This document shows positions 62,677 through 64,000 of a DNA stretch of 64,000 bases, piece by piece. The stretch comes from an uncultured Bdellovibrionales bacterium. Lineage in GTDB: Bacteria > Patescibacteriota > Minisyncoccia > Moranbacterales > UBA1568. The translations under genes were made by a program, and so were the position numbers. Every line of letters begins with the position of its first letter. Within the stretch, counting starts at the first letter, position 1. Where the stretch lies: contig CAYTED010000005.1 of NCBI GenBank assembly GCA_964436855.1, forward strand, positions 2,539 through 66,538. Direction: 5' to 3'. A model generated the notes under the pieces. The model was given only the letters and a program-made list of their open reading frames with translations. It had not been told where the DNA came from and ran no database searches.

Positions 62677-63834
62677 TTAAAGCGGTGCAAGCGGCGTGTC
62701 GTGTTCGATATAATATCGGACGATCTTCGGAAGGTACTCTCGGAGCGGTGGGATAGTGACACCTTTCGACGCGAGGAAATCGCGCGTGTTTTTTGTCGCC
62801 ACATTGACATCGACAAAATAAAATTTCAGAAAATTTCGCTGCGAGTTCATCTGCGAACGAACCAATCCCCATGTGAAGGGCAATACGATAGAAAAGAGAA
62901 TGTAAATGAGTTTTGGCGAAAGAGAAGGACGGATCGACTGCTCTTTTCCCGAAATATCCCGATAGATCGACTGGAGCAAACGGAGAAATTCCGGCAACGA
63001 AACAAAATTTTCTCTTCCCGAACTGATATGATACACGCGACCGATCGCTTCCGGCGCATCGAAAAGAACACATATCGACTTGGCGACCGCATCCACCGAA
63101 ACCGCATCTATTTGCAAGCGATTATTCACGGGAATCACCGGCGTTTGCGGACGGAGAAAAAGATCCCGGATCATATAGTACAATCCCTGTGGATTGAGTA
63201 TTTTTCCACTTTGCGAATCGCCGACGATCATCCCGGGACGAACAATAGTGAGCGGAAGCCCCTCCTCATCCATTCGACGCTTCAAAGACGTTTCCGCTTC
63301 CGCCTTCGCGTATTCGTATGTATTGAAATATTCGTTCTCATTTCGCAACGGAAGAAAATCTTCCGGAACATCGCCATGAAGCGGGATCGCAATCTCTTCC
63401 GTACTCACATAGACAAATCGACGGAACGAATCGCTCGCTCGCATACAGTGTCTCGCGAAATCCGCAAGATATTCCGTTCCGGTCACAATGCTCTTTCTCG
63501 CATCCTCAAGAGGGAGGTCCAGTCTGAAATTTGCGGCGCAGTGAATAATATGCGTCGTTTCCCGCGAGAGACGAAGTGTCGCTTCGGAAGAAAGCCCGAG
63601 ATCGGAACGCGTAATATCGCCAAGAAAAATCTCGACTCGATCCCGAAAATACTCCGCGGAATCATCCCAAAACGCAATCGCGTCTCGAACGGATCGCTCC
63701 GCCTCTTCTTGATTTTCGGCTCGAACCAACAATTTGAAACGAGCCTCGGGATCCCGAAGCAACTCTCGCATCAGTCGAGAACCGAGATTTCCGGTAACGC
63801 CGGTCAAGAAAATCGTTTTCTGATTCGTATTCAT
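62677..63834 (-). CDS. SDR-family thioester-reductase-like NAD(P)-dependent reductase (NAD_binding_4 / male-sterility type)
   Basis: Rossmann FLTGVTGNLGSRL and catalytic YEYAKAEAE (YxxxK). Confidence 0.7.
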   Translation of the reverse strand: MNTNQKTIFLTGVTGNLGSRLMRELLRDPEARFKLLVRAENQEEAERSVRDAIAFWDDSAEYFRDRVEIFLGDITRSDLGLSSEATLRLSRETTHIIHCAANFRLDLPLEDARKSIVTGTEYLADFARHCMRASDSFRRFVYVSTEEIAIPLHGDVPEDFLPLRNENEYFNTYEYAKAEAETSLKRRMDEEGLPLTIVRPGMIVGDSQSGKILNPQGLYYMIRDLFLRPQTPVIPVNNRLQIDAVSVDAVAKSICVLFDAPEAIGRVYHISSGRENFVSLPEFLRLLQSIYRDISGKEQSIRPSLSPKLIYILFSIVLPFTWGLVRSQMNSQRNFLKFYFVDVNVATKNTRDFLASKGVTIPPLREYLPKIVRYYIEHDTPLAPL

Positions 63835-64000
63835 ACGCCAATATCCTTTTTGCCTAATCCAAGCCGCTTGAGCGACTCTTCGATCGACTTCGATAAAAAT
63901 CTGTCTGTTTTCGCCGCATATTCAACCAGTTCAAAAACATTCCGCCAAAATTTTTTGTCCGCACGTCCCGAGCGAATCATCCTCGTAAACTCCGGTTCCC
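63831..64000 (-). CDS. hypothetical protein, C-terminal fragment (gene starts beyond the window end)
   Basis: Open frame ...MIRSGRADKKFWRNVFELVEYAAKTDRFLSKSIEESLKRLGLGKKDIGV. Its TGA stop overlaps the ATG of the downstream reductase (ATGA). Confidence 0.3.
   Translation of the reverse strand, partial: EPEFTRMIRSGRADKKFWRNVFELVEYAAKTDRFLSKSIEESLKRLGLGKKDIGV

Noticed and set aside
1-64000. Alternative genetic code (UGA recoding, as in some CPR lineages)
   Set aside because: Many genes end cleanly at TGA, for example the 26256-26753 gene and the partial gene at 63831. Long conserved proteins translate without in-frame TGA under the standard code.

Overview
This is a densely packed bacterial window with small genes, frequent 4-nt gene overlaps and weak Shine-Dalgarno signals. 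It also has several unusual neighbourhoods, including rpsP-rplJ-rplL adjacency and a giant LamG-repeat surface protein. By inference only, this fits a Patescibacteria/CPR-type genome. Standard genetic code; TGA is used as a stop.

Most of the window is housekeeping:
- DNA repair and replication: uvrA, uvrB, ogt, rarA, dnaX, dnaE, dprA, topA, rnhB, an SMC-like ATPase.
- Translation and RNA processing: rplL, rplJ, rpsP, rpmF, tRNA-Gln(UUG), miaA, tsaC, rnc, nusB, an ABC-F ATPase.
- Metabolism: pepA, folB, glpD, a HAD phosphatase, an aldehyde dehydrogenase, a thioester-reductase-type SDR.
- Envelope and transport: a MacB/FtsX-type ABC exporter with HlyD adaptor, a GT39-like glycosyltransferase, GtrA, two DedA paralogs, an SGNH hydrolase.

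The most interesting locus is a six-gene cluster at 28554-35974 on the minus strand. Its gene content matches a group-4 membrane-bound [NiFe]-hydrogenase or complex-I-like module: a NuoB-like small subunit, HyfB-, NuoH/HyfC-, HyfE- and HyfF-like membrane subunits, and a fused NuoC-NuoD/HyfG-like large subunit. Every metal-ligating cysteine is substituted in both catalytic subunits. The small subunit shows CC to SS, GxCxxxGG to GDGAINGG and PGCPP to PGDPP. The large subunit shows RxCGxC to ERVSGDS and DPCxxC to DPSSLN. No NuoI/HycF-type ferredoxin subunit is present. The cluster is co-oriented with a DedA gene that overlaps it by 4 nt and with an NhaP-type Na+/H+ antiporter. It looks like a redox-inert, Ehr-like ion-translocating module.

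Other notable items:
- An IS200-like HUH transposase (RAYT) gene flanked by REP-type hairpins and a 22-bp direct duplication.
- A MazF/PemK-like toxin whose upstream partner is a small membrane protein.
- A tandem MazG-like protein with Cys knuckles next to the tRNA.
- A bacterial SET-domain protein.
- An in-frame G/C-rich palindromic insertion inside miaA.
- A recurring GAATC-rich inverted-repeat family, one pair of which brackets two tiny hydrophobic ORFs between rnc and smc.
- Perfect palindromes with a consensus-like promoter in the 5' intergenic region.
- A candidate small RNA with a GAAA-capped hairpin.
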